Source: Naegleria gruberi
Taxonomy: Eukaryota
Assembly (NCBI GenBank): GCA_000004985.1
Contig: GG738938.1
Length of the DNA stretch: 56,452 nt
Reading direction: 5' to 3' (one strand)
Positions 56,019 to 56,452 of this stretch are shown in pieces (the first letter of the stretch is position 1; each line of letters begins with the position of its first letter). Made by a program: the position numbers and the translations under genes. The notes below the pieces were generated by a model. The model saw nothing but the letters and a program-made list of their open reading frames with translations. It did not search any database and was not told the DNA's origin.

Positions 56019-56452
56019 ATGATGATACGTAATGATAATAGACCATTGTTGAAAGGACAAGCACAACAATGTGTTGCTGTTCGATATTTAATCGTCTCCA
56101 TCTTGTTGATGATTACTTTGAGTTGTGCTTCAACTCTTGCTGCCACACCTCCAGACTGGTGTGCTGCATTATCTGGTGAACAAGTTAAATCAGCCTTTGG
56201 ATTATGTGATCCATCTTTATCCACTTCAAGACCATCATGGTGTACATATAATAACTTTAGAGCAAGTCAACCAATCACTTTTAGAGATCCTGACATTTTT
56301 AATTGTGATGCCACTGGTGCACAATGTTTATATACCAAAATAACAGACAAGACACCAATTACATCAACTGAAAATAACATGATTTGTGTGAAAGATCAAG
56401 ATGTTGATAATATTGTTAAAATTTATAAGGAAGACTATTCTGGAGGAAATGT
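56019..56452 (+). CDS. 5' end of a gene for a probable secreted, Cys-containing protein, open to the window edge
   Basis: ATG ATG at 56019. The translation is MMIRNDNRPLLKGQAQQCVAVRYLIVSILLMITLSCASTLAATPPDWCAALSGEQVKSAFGLCDPSLSTSRPSWCTYNNFRASQPITFRDPDIFNCDATGAQCLYTK..., with a signal-peptide-like hydrophobic core followed by spaced cysteines. There is no stop before 56452. It is absent from the ORF track because it is unterminated. Confidence 0.4.
   Translation, partial: MMIRNDNRPLLKGQAQQCVAVRYLIVSILLMITLSCASTLAATPPDWCAALSGEQVKSAFGLCDPSLSTSRPSWCTYNNFRASQPITFRDPDIFNCDATGAQCLYTKITDKTPITSTENNMICVKDQDVDNIVKIYKEDYSGGN

Noticed and set aside
1-56452. Prokaryotic feature classes (operons, CRISPR arrays, rho-independent terminators, sigma-70 promoters, rRNA or tRNA genes)
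   Set aside because: There are spliceosomal introns, low-complexity proteins, an RGS-GPCR and a eukaryotic transposon, so this is nuclear eukaryotic DNA. No repeat-spacer arrays or tRNA cloverleaf signatures were found on reading the sequence.

Overview
This is a draft-quality, AT-rich eukaryotic nuclear scaffold, not prokaryotic: there are no operons, rRNA or tRNA genes or CRISPR arrays. Five N runs (3279-34053, 37905-39892, 41438-41487, 47369-47418, 49863-49912, 51695-54778) make the giant ORF-track entries that cross them artefacts. About 36 kb of the 56 kb is unknown. The resolved sequence looks like a protist or early-diverging-fungus genome. Coding regions run at roughly 35-38% GC and intergenic regions much lower. 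Proteins are N/S/T/Q-rich and low-complexity. Two introns recovered by hand are both exactly 44 nt, with GTATGT or GTACGT donors, a CTAAC branch site and AG acceptors. Genes I can support are listed in order. A pentapeptide-repeat protein (8-934). A seven-transmembrane receptor fused to an RGS domain, in two exons split by a 44-nt intron (1189-3086). A long N/S/T/Q-rich protein with an acidic tail on the minus strand (36297-34054, with a frame break). An ankyrin-like remnant with an in-frame TAG. A C-terminal gene fragment (39893-40345). A three-TM protein (46429-47368). A large multi-pass membrane protein with another 44-nt intron (48031-51694+). An E/K coiled-coil gene on the minus strand (55234-54779). 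A secreted-protein gene start at the window edge (56019-). The most interesting feature is a ~6-kb island at about 40378-46382 with sharply lower GC (~20-25%). It carries a CACTA/En-Spm-type TnpD-like transposase (Transposase_21 and DUF4218 motifs, interrupted by a 50-N gap). A 672-aa unknown partner ORF is transcribed divergently from it, with the two start codons only 17 bp apart. The island also holds a 330-bp GC-rich non-coding block containing two diverged 5S-rRNA-like motif sets, AT-rich internal repeats, a 49-bp tandem repeat and candidate 9-bp terminal inverted repeats. This is a candidate intact, non-canonical CACTA-like DNA transposon that may have captured a 5S-derived RNA module. 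All functional calls rest on motifs I recognised by eye. No database search was possible.
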